A stretch of 64,000 nt of DNA from an uncultured Alphaproteobacteria bacterium (GTDB lineage: Bacteria > Pseudomonadota > Alphaproteobacteria > CAAHEQ01 > UBA3637), in contig CALARE010000010.1 of the NCBI GenBank assembly GCA_937888725.1, positions 4,876 through 68,875 of the forward strand, given 5' to 3'. The position numbers were made by a program, and so were the translations under genes. A model generated the notes under the pieces. It searched no databases and had not been told where the DNA came from. It was given only the letters and a program-made list of their open reading frames with translations. Every line of letters begins with the position of its first letter. The stretch's first letter is position 1. Shown here piece after piece: positions 7,058 through 19,018 of the stretch.

Positions 7058-7088
7058 AAAGAGATGAAAAACCCATCTCTTTTTAATT
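7058..7088 (+). terminator. intrinsic terminator after the ankyrin gene
   Basis: AGAGATG(7060-7066)/CATCTCT(7074-7080) followed by TTTTTAATTTT. Confidence 0.65.
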
Positions 7089-7119
7089 TTATTTAGTTGT
7101 TTTATTTTTTTAATTTTAA

Positions 7120-7728
7120 TTAAAAGTATTTTAAAAGTAAAAATCCACCTATTAATAAAACAAAAAATAAAATAGACAACCAACCAAGATTTTTTTCAAT
7201 ATAGGTTTTCATTGGTTCCCCCCATTTCCACAACAACCATGCAATCAAGAAAAATCTTAATCCTCTTGAAAGAATAGAGGCAATACCAAAAACAAATAAA
7301 TTTAAACCTGTTACACCACTTGCAATTGTTACAATTTTATACGGGAAAGGTGTCAATCCTGCACCAAAAACAATCCAAGAGCCATAATTGTTATAATAAG
7401 ATTTAAATGTTTCAAACTTATCTGTAGCATTATAAAATTCCAAAATAGGAATACCCACAACATCATATAAAAAGTATCCAATTGCATAACCAAAAAAACC
7501 ACCTAAAACACTTGATAATGTTGTATAAAAAGCTATTTTAAATGCCTTTGTTCGGCAAGTTAAAATCAATGGGATTAAAAACAAATCTGGTGGAATTGGA
7601 AAAAATGAACTCTCAATAAAAGAAATTGCACATAAAACTGGTAAAGCCCATTTGCCTGCAACTAAAGACATACACCAATCGTAAATCCCTTTTATCATTT
7701 TGTTCCATAATTTTATCATTATTGACAT
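7120..7728 (-). CDS. YqaA/DedA-superfamily inner-membrane protein
   Basis: FIESSFFPIPPDLFLIPL matches the YqaA-type motif (E(s/a)xFFPIPPDv). Multiple hydrophobic helices. The start is uncertain (7728 or 7719). Confidence 0.7.
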   Translation of the reverse strand: MSIMIKLWNKMIKGIYDWCMSLVAGKWALPVLCAISFIESSFFPIPPDLFLIPLILTCRTKAFKIAFYTTLSSVLGGFFGYAIGYFLYDVVGIPILEFYNATDKFETFKSYYNNYGSWIVFGAGLTPFPYKIVTIASGVTGLNLFVFGIASILSRGLRFFLIAWLLWKWGEPMKTYIEKNLGWLSILFFVLLIGGFLLLKYF

Positions 7729-7803
7729 TCCTTTTTTTGTTGATTATACTGAAAAAAATAATATATTTTTGTGTTAAAATACCGTGTTTAGAAAGGAAAA
7801 GCA

Positions 7804-8265
7804 ATGAAAAAATTTCTCTTTTTGGTTTTGTTTTCAATTGGGTTAGCCTCTTGTGCCGACAATTATGCCAACACATCATATTCAAATTATGAACTTGGAA
7901 AACAAGGCTCTGTCTCAATGGGTAAAATTATTCAAATGACACCTGTTCAAACACAAGGCAGTAATTCAATTGGAACATTAGCTGGTGCTGGTGCTGGTGC
8001 TGCGGCTGGTTCTATGATTGGTGGGAATACAGCTGTCAACATTATTGGAGGTATAGGCGGTGCCTTGGTCGGCGGTATGATTGGTTCAACTGCTGAAAGT
8101 GCACTGACAAGTACAAGTGCTTATGAATTTATTATCCAAAAAACAAATGGATCATATGTTTCTGTTTTACAAACAAATGAGTTGGGATTAAGACCTGGTG
8201 ATAATGTTTGGCTCTCAACCACAAATGGCACAACAAGAATCCGTTCCCGTGCTTTAGCTTATTAG
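7804..8265 (+). CDS. glycine-zipper outer-membrane lipoprotein (SlyB / 17-kDa antigen-like)
   Basis: Lipobox LFSIGLASC. Gly-zipper GTLAGAGAGAAAGSMIGGNTAVNIIGGIGGALVGGMIGS. Confidence 0.75.
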   Translation: MKKFLFLVLFSIGLASCADNYANTSYSNYELGKQGSVSMGKIIQMTPVQTQGSNSIGTLAGAGAGAAAGSMIGGNTAVNIIGGIGGALVGGMIGSTAESALTSTSAYEFIIQKTNGSYVSVLQTNELGLRPGDNVWLSTTNGTTRIRSRALAY

Positions 8266-8395
8266 TAAAAAAGATTATAAAATAAACTAACTTCATAAAA
8301 TTAATCAATAAAAAAAGGGGGGATAAAATGCTTAAAATTCATTTTTTGTCTTTTCCCTAAATATGATTTCATTTTTAATTTATAAACTAACACTT

Positions 8396-8428
8396 AAAAA
8401 GCCATCGACTTCGATGGCTTTAAAAAAA
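8396..8428. terminator. bidirectional terminator between convergent genes
   Basis: GCCATCGA(8401-8408)/TCGATGGC(8411-8418), flanked by AAAAA and TTTAAAAAAAA. Confidence 0.55.
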
Positions 8429-8449
8429 AGAGTCATTACCTTCCCTTTA

Positions 8450-9463
8450 TTATCTATAATGTTGCGGATTAACAATCGGTATTTTATTACTTTTATGTTT
8501 CTGAATCACCTGAACTCGCACAGGCAATTTAAGTGTTGAAACGTACCGTGTACTTTCGTCAACTTTCCGCATGCCAGAAGATTTTTTCAAATTTTCTGAT
8601 ATTATTTGTGGTTTTCGTCTTTGTGTATTATATTCAACGCTAATTCTATCCCCCTTAGCAATAAAGATTGCCATATCTAAACTTTTATCATATGGTGCAA
8701 CAAGAAAACCTTTTTTATGATGAAAAATAATTGAAAAAGCCATCCCTTGTTCAGTTTGTTTTGTTGGATTAAAAAGAATAATGTTCATCTTCATGTTTCC
8801 ACCAAGCTCACTTGATAAGCTAGCAAATTCGCTAACCTTGATTTTCACCATATCCTTTTGCTTTGTCGGACTCATTGAAAAAACAAATCGACGCAAAGTT
8901 CCTGATTTTGTTTTTAAATCAATAACAAAATCATCTGTTGAAAAAACACCCGTAGAACTTTTTTGCCTATCTTGGTCAACGGGCTTTTTTTGAACAAATT
9001 CTGTCGTTCTTACCTCTCGACGAGGTGTCGGTAATTGTTGGGGTTTTGCTTGCAAAGATGGATCTTTTAATTGCGGACGTTGAACAGGTTGATGTTTCAC
9101 AACTGGTGTAGATGAGTCATTTCCCAAAGTACTACCCAATGGGGACTTATATTCACCATATCCTTGCATCCGTTCGGTAAATGTTTTTGGTCTAGAAACA
9201 GGTTTTGGCATTTGACCAGAAGGAACCTGAGCCTGATTTATTCTTTCAACAGTGCTAGATGTTGGTGCTTGAATGGTTGCATTATCAAATTTATCACGAA
9301 CATACAAAGCTCCACCTTGCAAATGTGCTTTTTGCTCCTCAGGAATACCATATCCTTTATCCATCAAACAACTACGAAATGTACTACCCACAACAGTGAC
9401 AAAAAGACTAAATCCACCAAAAAGAACTAATCGATCAAACCACCGCCAAGCTTTTTTTGACAA
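8450..9463 (-). CDS. hypothetical membrane-anchored protein with a Pro/Gln-rich linker
   Basis: TTG start at 9463 preceded by GGAAGGAG with a 6-nt spacer. One N-terminal TM helix (LVLFGGFSLFVTVVGSTF). P/Q-rich middle region. I do not recognise a family. Confidence 0.55.
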   Translation of the reverse strand: MSKKAWRWFDRLVLFGGFSLFVTVVGSTFRSCLMDKGYGIPEEQKAHLQGGALYVRDKFDNATIQAPTSSTVERINQAQVPSGQMPKPVSRPKTFTERMQGYGEYKSPLGSTLGNDSSTPVVKHQPVQRPQLKDPSLQAKPQQLPTPRREVRTTEFVQKKPVDQDRQKSSTGVFSTDDFVIDLKTKSGTLRRFVFSMSPTKQKDMVKIKVSEFASLSSELGGNMKMNIILFNPTKQTEQGMAFSIIFHHKKGFLVAPYDKSLDMAIFIAKGDRISVEYNTQRRKPQIISENLKKSSGMRKVDESTRYVSTLKLPVRVQVIQKHKSNKIPIVNPQHYR

Positions 9464-9490
9464 AACATGCTCCTTCCATTTTGTATATAT

Positions 9491-9524
9491 TTTTAAAAAA
9501 AGAGTGAGGACAACCCCACTCTTT
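9491..9524 (-). terminator. intrinsic terminator after gyrB
   Basis: Stem AGAGTGaGG(9501-9509)/CCcCACTCT(9514-9522) with one mismatch. On the minus strand it is followed by TTTTTT. Confidence 0.55.
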
Positions 9525-9551
9525 AGATAATCCTTGGCACATATTATATCA

Positions 9552-13137
<3,586 letters not shown>

Positions 13138-13144
13138 CTTTACC

Positions 13145-14260
13145 CTAAACACGCATTGGCATTAAAACAAACAAAGATTCTGTATCTGCCTCATCTTGCA
13201 AAATAACAGGTGATGTGCCATCATTTAACTTCATACGAACATTATCACCCTTAACCTGCCCCAAAATGTCAAGCAAATATCTATAATTAAAACCAATTTC
13301 AAGCGAATCATTATCATAGATAGCATCCATTTCATCTTCAGCAGATCCTTCATCAGCAGATGCAGCAAAAACCTGTAATAAGCCAGATGAAATAGCAAGC
13401 TTAATCCCTCTTGACTTTTCAGAAACAACAGCCACACGTTCAATAACATTTGTTAATGTTTTTACATCGGCTTGTAAAATTTTTTCATTATTTGAAGGGA
13501 TAACTTTTTCATATTCTGGATATGTCCCATCAATTAAACGAGAAGACAAAACAACATCACCTAAAACAAAACGAATCTGATTCGCTGACAATGAAACCTC
13601 AACTTCACCCGTTGTTTCTGTTGCTAATTTTGAAAGTTCATTAATCGTTTTTCGTGGAATAATCACCCCTGGCATACCTTGTGCACCATCTGGCAAAGCA
13701 ATCCCTGAACAAGCTAAACGATGACCATCTGTTGCAACAGCAGTTAACTTTGGTTCATCACCTGTTTTTTCATGCATATAAATCCCATTTAAATTATATC
13801 TTGTTTCTTCCATCGAAACAGCAAATCCTGTTTTAGCAATTAACGCAACTAAATCTGAAGCTGGTAATTTAAATGAGAATGGCGTGTTTTCTTGTGCCAT
13901 TGTTGGGAATCCTTCGGCTGGCAAACTTGCTAACACAAACTTTGAACGCCCCGAAACAAGACTTACTTGAGAGCTTTCTGCCAAATAAGACAATTGAACT
14001 TGAGATCCATCTGACAATTTTTTAACAATGTCATACAACTTATGTGCAGGGATTGTAACTGAACCAGCTGTTTCAACCGCAGCAGGGATTTTTTCTGTGA
14101 TTTCAATTTCATTATCCGTCGCACGCAACAAAACTTCATCCGAACCTGCTTCAATTAATACATTTGAAAGAACAGGTATTGTTTGACGTCTTTCAACGAC
14201 ACTTTGAATATGTGAAAGAGCTTTTAACAACAAACCTCTTTCAATCGTTAATTTTATCAT
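13145..14260 (-). CDS. dnaN: DNA polymerase III beta sliding clamp
   Basis: 371 aa. MIKLTIERGLLLKALSHIQSVVERRQTIPVLSNVLIEA is a typical DnaN N-terminus. Sits in dnaN-recF-gyrB order. Confidence 0.95.
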   Translation of the reverse strand: MIKLTIERGLLLKALSHIQSVVERRQTIPVLSNVLIEAGSDEVLLRATDNEIEITEKIPAAVETAGSVTIPAHKLYDIVKKLSDGSQVQLSYLAESSQVSLVSGRSKFVLASLPAEGFPTMAQENTPFSFKLPASDLVALIAKTGFAVSMEETRYNLNGIYMHEKTGDEPKLTAVATDGHRLACSGIALPDGAQGMPGVIIPRKTINELSKLATETTGEVEVSLSANQIRFVLGDVVLSSRLIDGTYPEYEKVIPSNNEKILQADVKTLTNVIERVAVVSEKSRGIKLAISSGLLQVFAASADEGSAEDEMDAIYDNDSLEIGFNYRYLLDILGQVKGDNVRMKLNDGTSPVILQDEADTESLFVLMPMRV

Positions 14261-14465
14261 TTTTTAATTCCTTTTTATCTTAATTTTATTAAATCAAAAA
14301 CCGTTACAAAAGATTAGTAAAACAGTTATTATCACTATAGAATATTTTTTTAAAAAAAGACACAAAAAAAACGCTTTTTTAAAACTTTTTTAGTATTTTT
14401 TGATAAACATCTTTTTTTTATTAAAAAAAAAGTTTATAAAGGATAAAAAAGAATGGAGACTAATA

Positions 14466-16889
14466 ATGAAAAAATACGAATTATCATATCAAGAAATCTA
14501 TAAGGAAAGCCTTTTAACAGATGAGGATTTATCTGATTTACCCAAGGAAAGCCCTATCTTAGGACAAGACCAAGCCTTAGAAGCTCTTGCTTTTGGTGCA
14601 AAAATTAAAGCAAGTGGCTACAATGTGTTTTGTACTGGCCCTAAAGGTGTTGGTCGCACAGTTTTAACACTTCAAACATTAAAAGAGTATGCTACAACAC
14701 AAAAAACACCCGATGATTGGTGCTTTATTCATAATTTTGAAACACCTCATCAGCCGATTGCCATTAATTTTTCCGCAGGCCAAGGTAAAGTTTTCGTCCG
14801 TGACATCAAAAAAATGGCTAATGCTTTACGCATGCATTTAACTTCTCTTTTTACAGACGAATCGTATAAAATTCAAGTTGCCCACCTAGAACAACAATGT
14901 GCAAAAGATAAAGAAAATTACTTCTCAGTCTTACAAAAAGCTGTTGAAGATAAAAATGTTACCTTAATGCGTGTCCCTACAGGAGTGACTGTTGCTCCTG
15001 TCAAAAAAGGAAAAGTGCTAACACCGAATGCATTTAATAAATTGCCAAAAGATGAACGAAAAACAATCTTAGAACAACTTAAAAATGCACAAAAAAAGCT
15101 AGAAAATACTATTAAAGAAACACCAAACTGGGATACAGAGATGCAAATGCAATTAGAACAGTTGCATATTGATATGGCATCAAAAGTTTTAAACACAATT
15201 ATAAACCCTGTTAAGAAAAATTATCTTAAAAATAGCACAATACAAATTTATCTTGAATCGATTCGAGTCGATATTTTAGATAATATCTCTCTTTTTGCTG
15301 CTCAAGCAACAGAGGCCAATATTGATGTTATTTTAGAACAAATAAGTGAACTTTTCGCTCGTTATGCCGTTAATTTATTTGTATCCCACAAACCTGAATC
15401 GGGAGCTCCTGTTATTCATTTAAACCACCCAACATTATCAAATCTTGTTGGACGAATTGAACGTCAACAGCATTTAGGCTCTTTAACAACAGACTTTTCG
15501 CTTATTAGACCAGGAGCTTTACATCTTGCCAATGGAGGATACCTTGTTATTGAGGCAAGAGAATTGCTTTCAAATGAGCATACATGGAACGCTTTAAAAC
15601 GTGCTTTATTTTCAAAACAAATTAAAATTGAATCTGGCACAGATGACAATTCTGTTTTTACCATCGTGTCGCTAACACCTGCAATTATTCCATTATCCAT
15701 AAAAGTCATTCTCATTGGCGAAGCAGAATTATACTATTTATTAATGGATAGAGATGATGAATTTGGAGAATTATTTAAAATTCAATCCCGTTTTGCTGAA
15801 AAATTAGAAAGAACACATGAAAATGAAAAAATTTATGCACAAATTTTAACTAATTTTGCTCGCAATGAAAAATTAAAACCATTTTCACCAAATGCCATGC
15901 GTCGTATACTGGAATACACATCTCGTTTAGCTGGAGATAACACATATTTAAGTACATTTATGACACATGTAAATGACTTGATGCGTGAAGCAAACTTTTT
16001 TGCGGTTCAATCACGAGCAAAAACTGTTGAAGTAACGCATATTAACAAAGCACTTGAAGCAAAAAGAACCCGCTCTGGATACATGCAAAAAGAAATGATG
16101 GAAATGATAAAAAAAGGTACTATTTCTATCTCAACTTCTGGCAAAAACATTGGACAACTTAATGCTCTTGTTGTTCATGACTATGGTTCATTTGCATTTG
16201 GTCGACCAAACAAAGTAACTTGTCAAGTAAGGTTAGGTCACGGTGATTTAATCGACGTTGAAAGAGAAGCTGAACTTGGCGGAGCTCTCCACTCAAAAGG
16301 TGTTTTAATTTTATCGTCATTCTTAGCTAGTCGCTTTTCGAAAGGTGAACCACTCTCATTAGATGCCTCTCTTGTTTTCGAACAATCTTATTCGGAATTA
16401 GATGGCGACTCCGCTTCATCAACAGAACTTTACTGTTTATTATCAGCTGTTGGTGATATTCCACTCAATCAATCCATTGCCGCAACTGGTTCCGTCAATC
16501 AACTTGGTCATATCCAAGCTGTTGGTGCTGTTAATGAAAAGATTGAAGGGTATTTCACAGTTTGCAGACAAAAAGGCTTAACAGGTGAACAAGGCGTTAT
16601 TATTCCTCGTTCAATCGTTCATAATTTAATGTTAAAACCCGAAGTTGTAAATGCCGTTAAAGAAGGTAAATTCCATATCTATGCTGTCAATACAGTCGAT
16701 GAAGGCATGGAAATTTTAACAGGACTTCCAGCTGGTAACCTAAATAAAAATGGCCAATATCCAACAAAGTCTATTAATGGGCTTATTGCAAAAAGGTTAA
16801 ATGATTTTTTCAAAAAATCTCAAGAGGCTGAACAAACAAATAGGCAACAAAAAAAATCAAATAAGACAGTTAAAAAAGGGCGGAAATAA
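14466..16889 (+). CDS. Lon-related ATP-dependent protease (AAA+ module plus Lon S16 proteolytic domain; COG1067-like)
   Basis: Walker A CTGPKGVGRT. C-terminal LDGDSASSTELYCLLSAVGDIPLNQSIAATGSVNQLGHIQAVGAVNEKIEGYF gives a Ser...Lys dyad pattern. GGAG upstream of ATG 14466, so the track start at 14400 is an over-extension. Confidence 0.8.
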   Translation: MKKYELSYQEIYKESLLTDEDLSDLPKESPILGQDQALEALAFGAKIKASGYNVFCTGPKGVGRTVLTLQTLKEYATTQKTPDDWCFIHNFETPHQPIAINFSAGQGKVFVRDIKKMANALRMHLTSLFTDESYKIQVAHLEQQCAKDKENYFSVLQKAVEDKNVTLMRVPTGVTVAPVKKGKVLTPNAFNKLPKDERKTILEQLKNAQKKLENTIKETPNWDTEMQMQLEQLHIDMASKVLNTIINPVKKNYLKNSTIQIYLESIRVDILDNISLFAAQATEANIDVILEQISELFARYAVNLFVSHKPESGAPVIHLNHPTLSNLVGRIERQQHLGSLTTDFSLIRPGALHLANGGYLVIEARELLSNEHTWNALKRALFSKQIKIESGTDDNSVFTIVSLTPAIIPLSIKVILIGEAELYYLLMDRDDEFGELFKIQSRFAEKLERTHENEKIYAQILTNFARNEKLKPFSPNAMRRILEYTSRLAGDNTYLSTFMTHVNDLMREANFFAVQSRAKTVEVTHINKALEAKRTRSGYMQKEMMEMIKKGTISISTSGKNIGQLNALVVHDYGSFAFGRPNKVTCQVRLGHGDLIDVEREAELGGALHSKGVLILSSFLASRFSKGEPLSLDASLVFEQSYSELDGDSASSTELYCLLSAVGDIPLNQSIAATGSVNQLGHIQAVGAVNEKIEGYFTVCRQKGLTGEQGVIIPRSIVHNLMLKPEVVNAVKEGKFHIYAVNTVDEGMEILTGLPAGNLNKNGQYPTKSINGLIAKRLNDFFKKSQEAEQTNRQQKKSNKTVKKGRK

Positions 16890-16903
16890 TCCGCCTTTTT
16901 TTA
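16878..16903. terminator. bidirectional terminator between the Lon-like and LRR-like genes
   Basis: GGCGGA(16879-16884)/TCCGCC(16890-16895), then TTTTTTT. The Lon-like stop codon lies in the loop. Confidence 0.65.
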
Positions 16904-16916
16904 TTATTAAGTAAAA

Positions 16917-18926
16917 TCATGCATTTTCATTATTTATAAGTGAAACACAGAGTTGTATTTGTGATTGTTTATTTTCTTTTGGGCCTTTAATATTTTTCCC
17001 ATTAATAGTAACAGCACCTTTAACCAGACAAGAAAACTCCAAGCTTTTAAGAAAACGACAATCTTCAATATTCAAATCCCCTTCTAGTTGAGGTGGCAAT
17101 CCCTCTAAGGTATATAAGAAACGGACCTTCCAAGCATCTACAGAATGTGCCTTTCCCATTCCGACAAAATTCTGAATTCCTGTTTGAGAACAATTATATA
17201 CACCACATACTTCTTTTGGGCCATCTTTCAAACTATGTAGACATGAATTTTCAGAACAATTAAAATCTTTTTTAACAAATTCTGGTGCACCACTGAGAGA
17301 TTTTAAACTCTTTCCAATATAACCATCCCATCCTTGTCCTTGACAATCAAAACTACCTTTAACTATTCTAGGTCCACCCTCAAGATTTGTTAACTCGTTA
17401 TATGAACAATCAAAATCTCCATAAATAATTTCGGGAACCCCTCCTAAAGAACATATTTCATTTTGAGAGCAATCAATTGATCCCAAAACCTTTGGCATAT
17501 TTTTTAATGTCTTCAACATATTTCTAGAACAATCAAAATTACCCGTTACAGTATATGTAGAAAAAATTGGCGGAATTGTTTTTAAACCAGAATTTTTAAT
17601 GGACAAATCACCTTCTACAACTACATTTGGTTCTAAATCATCAAGTCCAACAAACTTCCTATTATAGAAAAAAACATATGAGCATCCCTTGTAATCTGTT
17701 TTGTTTTTTACAATTTCTGGGGCTCCTTTTAATGATTTAAGATGAGGATTATCTCGACAAATAAAACTACCATTAATTTCTTGAGGAGCTCCTTCTAAAG
17801 AACATAATTCATTTTGAGAACAATCAATTGATCCCAAAACTTTTGGCATATTTTTTAATGTTATCAGATTATTTGCAGAACAATTAAAATTACCTTTTAC
17901 AACCATATTTTTAAAACATTCAGGAAGCTCCTCCAAACCATAATTTGATACTGTTAAATCCCCTTCGACAATTATATTTTCTGGAATATCATCTATACTA
18001 TAATATTGTCCATTTATCAAAATCATTCTTGTATTTGCAATATCTGCTGTTAAAATAAACTCTTTCTTTTTGATAAATTCCTGTACAGCTGAAACATATT
18101 TATTTGCTGGTGCCTTATTCGCCCTTCCTTTACACTGATACATTTCCTCATTACCATCAATAATTCTTGTTTCAAATGTAACATGCGGTTCACCCTTACT
18201 ATCACGGATAGAATAAATATTTACACTTCCACTTGCTACCTTCGCATCATAGGAACCCGATCCGACACAATGCCCCATTTTATTCGATTCATAATCAAGT
18301 GCTTCAGGGGTTAATAATTGATACGCTTTTAATCCATTAGGCAAATCCATTAAAAACGCTGTTCCTTCTAATGATTTTTCTAAATCAGGATCCATATTTA
18401 TTTTACTTTTTTCTTCTATTTCCTTATGCCACCTATCTGCTCCCTTTAAAATCTCATCAAACGAATTATATTGACTAAACAAAGCAGATAAATTAATAAC
18501 TGGTTTGCCATTATTTCTATATGACGCAATTTGTCTATCTATAATTTCAAGAGCTTTTTGATACAAAAAATCTCGTGCTTTTGTCAAATCATCAATCGTT
18601 TTAGCGGGGAATGATTCATTTGTAAATTCCATAACAGGAATACTATTTGCCAAATTATTTTTTGCCCAGTCTGGTAAATCATCTTTTATTTCGACATTTT
18701 TAAAAGGGAGTTTCTGTTCATTTTTATCAATCTCTGTAGCAAAATATTCTCGACATCTTTTTTTTAAACACTGTAAAATCAAAGAAGAAATTATCGCATT
18801 TTTATGATTAATGACAAAATCTATATCTTTTAAATTTTCAAGAGTAAAAACTTCAACATCATTATACAATAATGCCGTAATTGCTTTGATAAATTCTTTC
18901 TCATTAATTAAATTAAGCTTTAACAT
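16917..18926 (-). CDS. chimeric protein: PcfJ-like N-terminal domain plus C-terminal LRR-like repeats
   Basis: MGHCVGSGSYDAKVASGSVNIYSIRDSKGEPHVTFETR resembles the PcfJ-like domain core as I recall it. The C-terminal half is built of about 22-aa units LxxLxGxPxx(V/I)xGxFxCxxNx. AAGGAGG lies 7 nt upstream of ATG 18926. The track start at 18932 is a GTG too close to the SD. Confidence 0.65.
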   Translation of the reverse strand: MLKLNLINEKEFIKAITALLYNDVEVFTLENLKDIDFVINHKNAIISSLILQCLKKRCREYFATEIDKNEQKLPFKNVEIKDDLPDWAKNNLANSIPVMEFTNESFPAKTIDDLTKARDFLYQKALEIIDRQIASYRNNGKPVINLSALFSQYNSFDEILKGADRWHKEIEEKSKINMDPDLEKSLEGTAFLMDLPNGLKAYQLLTPEALDYESNKMGHCVGSGSYDAKVASGSVNIYSIRDSKGEPHVTFETRIIDGNEEMYQCKGRANKAPANKYVSAVQEFIKKKEFILTADIANTRMILINGQYYSIDDIPENIIVEGDLTVSNYGLEELPECFKNMVVKGNFNCSANNLITLKNMPKVLGSIDCSQNELCSLEGAPQEINGSFICRDNPHLKSLKGAPEIVKNKTDYKGCSYVFFYNRKFVGLDDLEPNVVVEGDLSIKNSGLKTIPPIFSTYTVTGNFDCSRNMLKTLKNMPKVLGSIDCSQNEICSLGGVPEIIYGDFDCSYNELTNLEGGPRIVKGSFDCQGQGWDGYIGKSLKSLSGAPEFVKKDFNCSENSCLHSLKDGPKEVCGVYNCSQTGIQNFVGMGKAHSVDAWKVRFLYTLEGLPPQLEGDLNIEDCRFLKSLEFSCLVKGAVTINGKNIKGPKENKQSQIQLCVSLINNENA
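17446..17861 (-). repeat. intragenic tandem duplication, period 351 bp (117 codons)
   Basis: 65-nt cores at 17446-17510 and 17797-17861 differ at only 3 positions (hand alignment). The peptides TLKNMPKVLGSIDCSQNE(L/I)CSL are repeated. Confidence 0.85.
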
Positions 18927-18955
18927 GTTCACTCCTCCTTTAGATATACTTTTAT

Positions 18956-18964
18956 ATTATAGCA
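18956..18964 (-). promoter_or_regulatory. extended -10 promoter element TGcTATAAT for the LRR-like gene
   Basis: The reverse complement of 18956-18964 reads TGCTATAAT. It lies about 25 nt upstream of the SD. The -35 (TGGCAT) is poor. Confidence 0.35.
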
Positions 18965-19018
18965 TAAAAAATAAAAAAATGCCATTTATTTCTTAATAAA
19001 CTAAATTTTTAGGATTAT

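Noticed and set aside
7613-7918. ORFs of 88-101 aa on both strands across the 7729-7803 intergenic region.
   Set aside because: They overlap the starts of the YqaA-like and lipoprotein genes, have no RBS, and give low-complexity translations.
8328-8357. 9-codon ORF (MLKIHFLSF) after a G6-containing SD-like AGGGGGG.
   Set aside because: It is very short, I could not identify a promoter or terminator framing it, and nothing distinguishes it from chance.
14261-14465. Looked for DnaA boxes or an oriC-like structure upstream of dnaN.
   Set aside because: The best candidate (TTATCACTA, around 14326-14334) matches only 6 of 9 positions of TTATCCACA. There is no cluster of boxes, and dnaA is not adjacent.
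14400-14465. N-terminal extensions proposed by the ORF track here and at 4232, 3566-3637, 38329, 49829-49879, 60933-60977, 18927-18932, 29969-29974 and 58566-58571.
   Set aside because: In each case an internal ATG with a properly spaced SD and/or a signal peptide fits better. Several of the extensions start at GTG or TTG directly abutting the SD, or run through a terminator hairpin.
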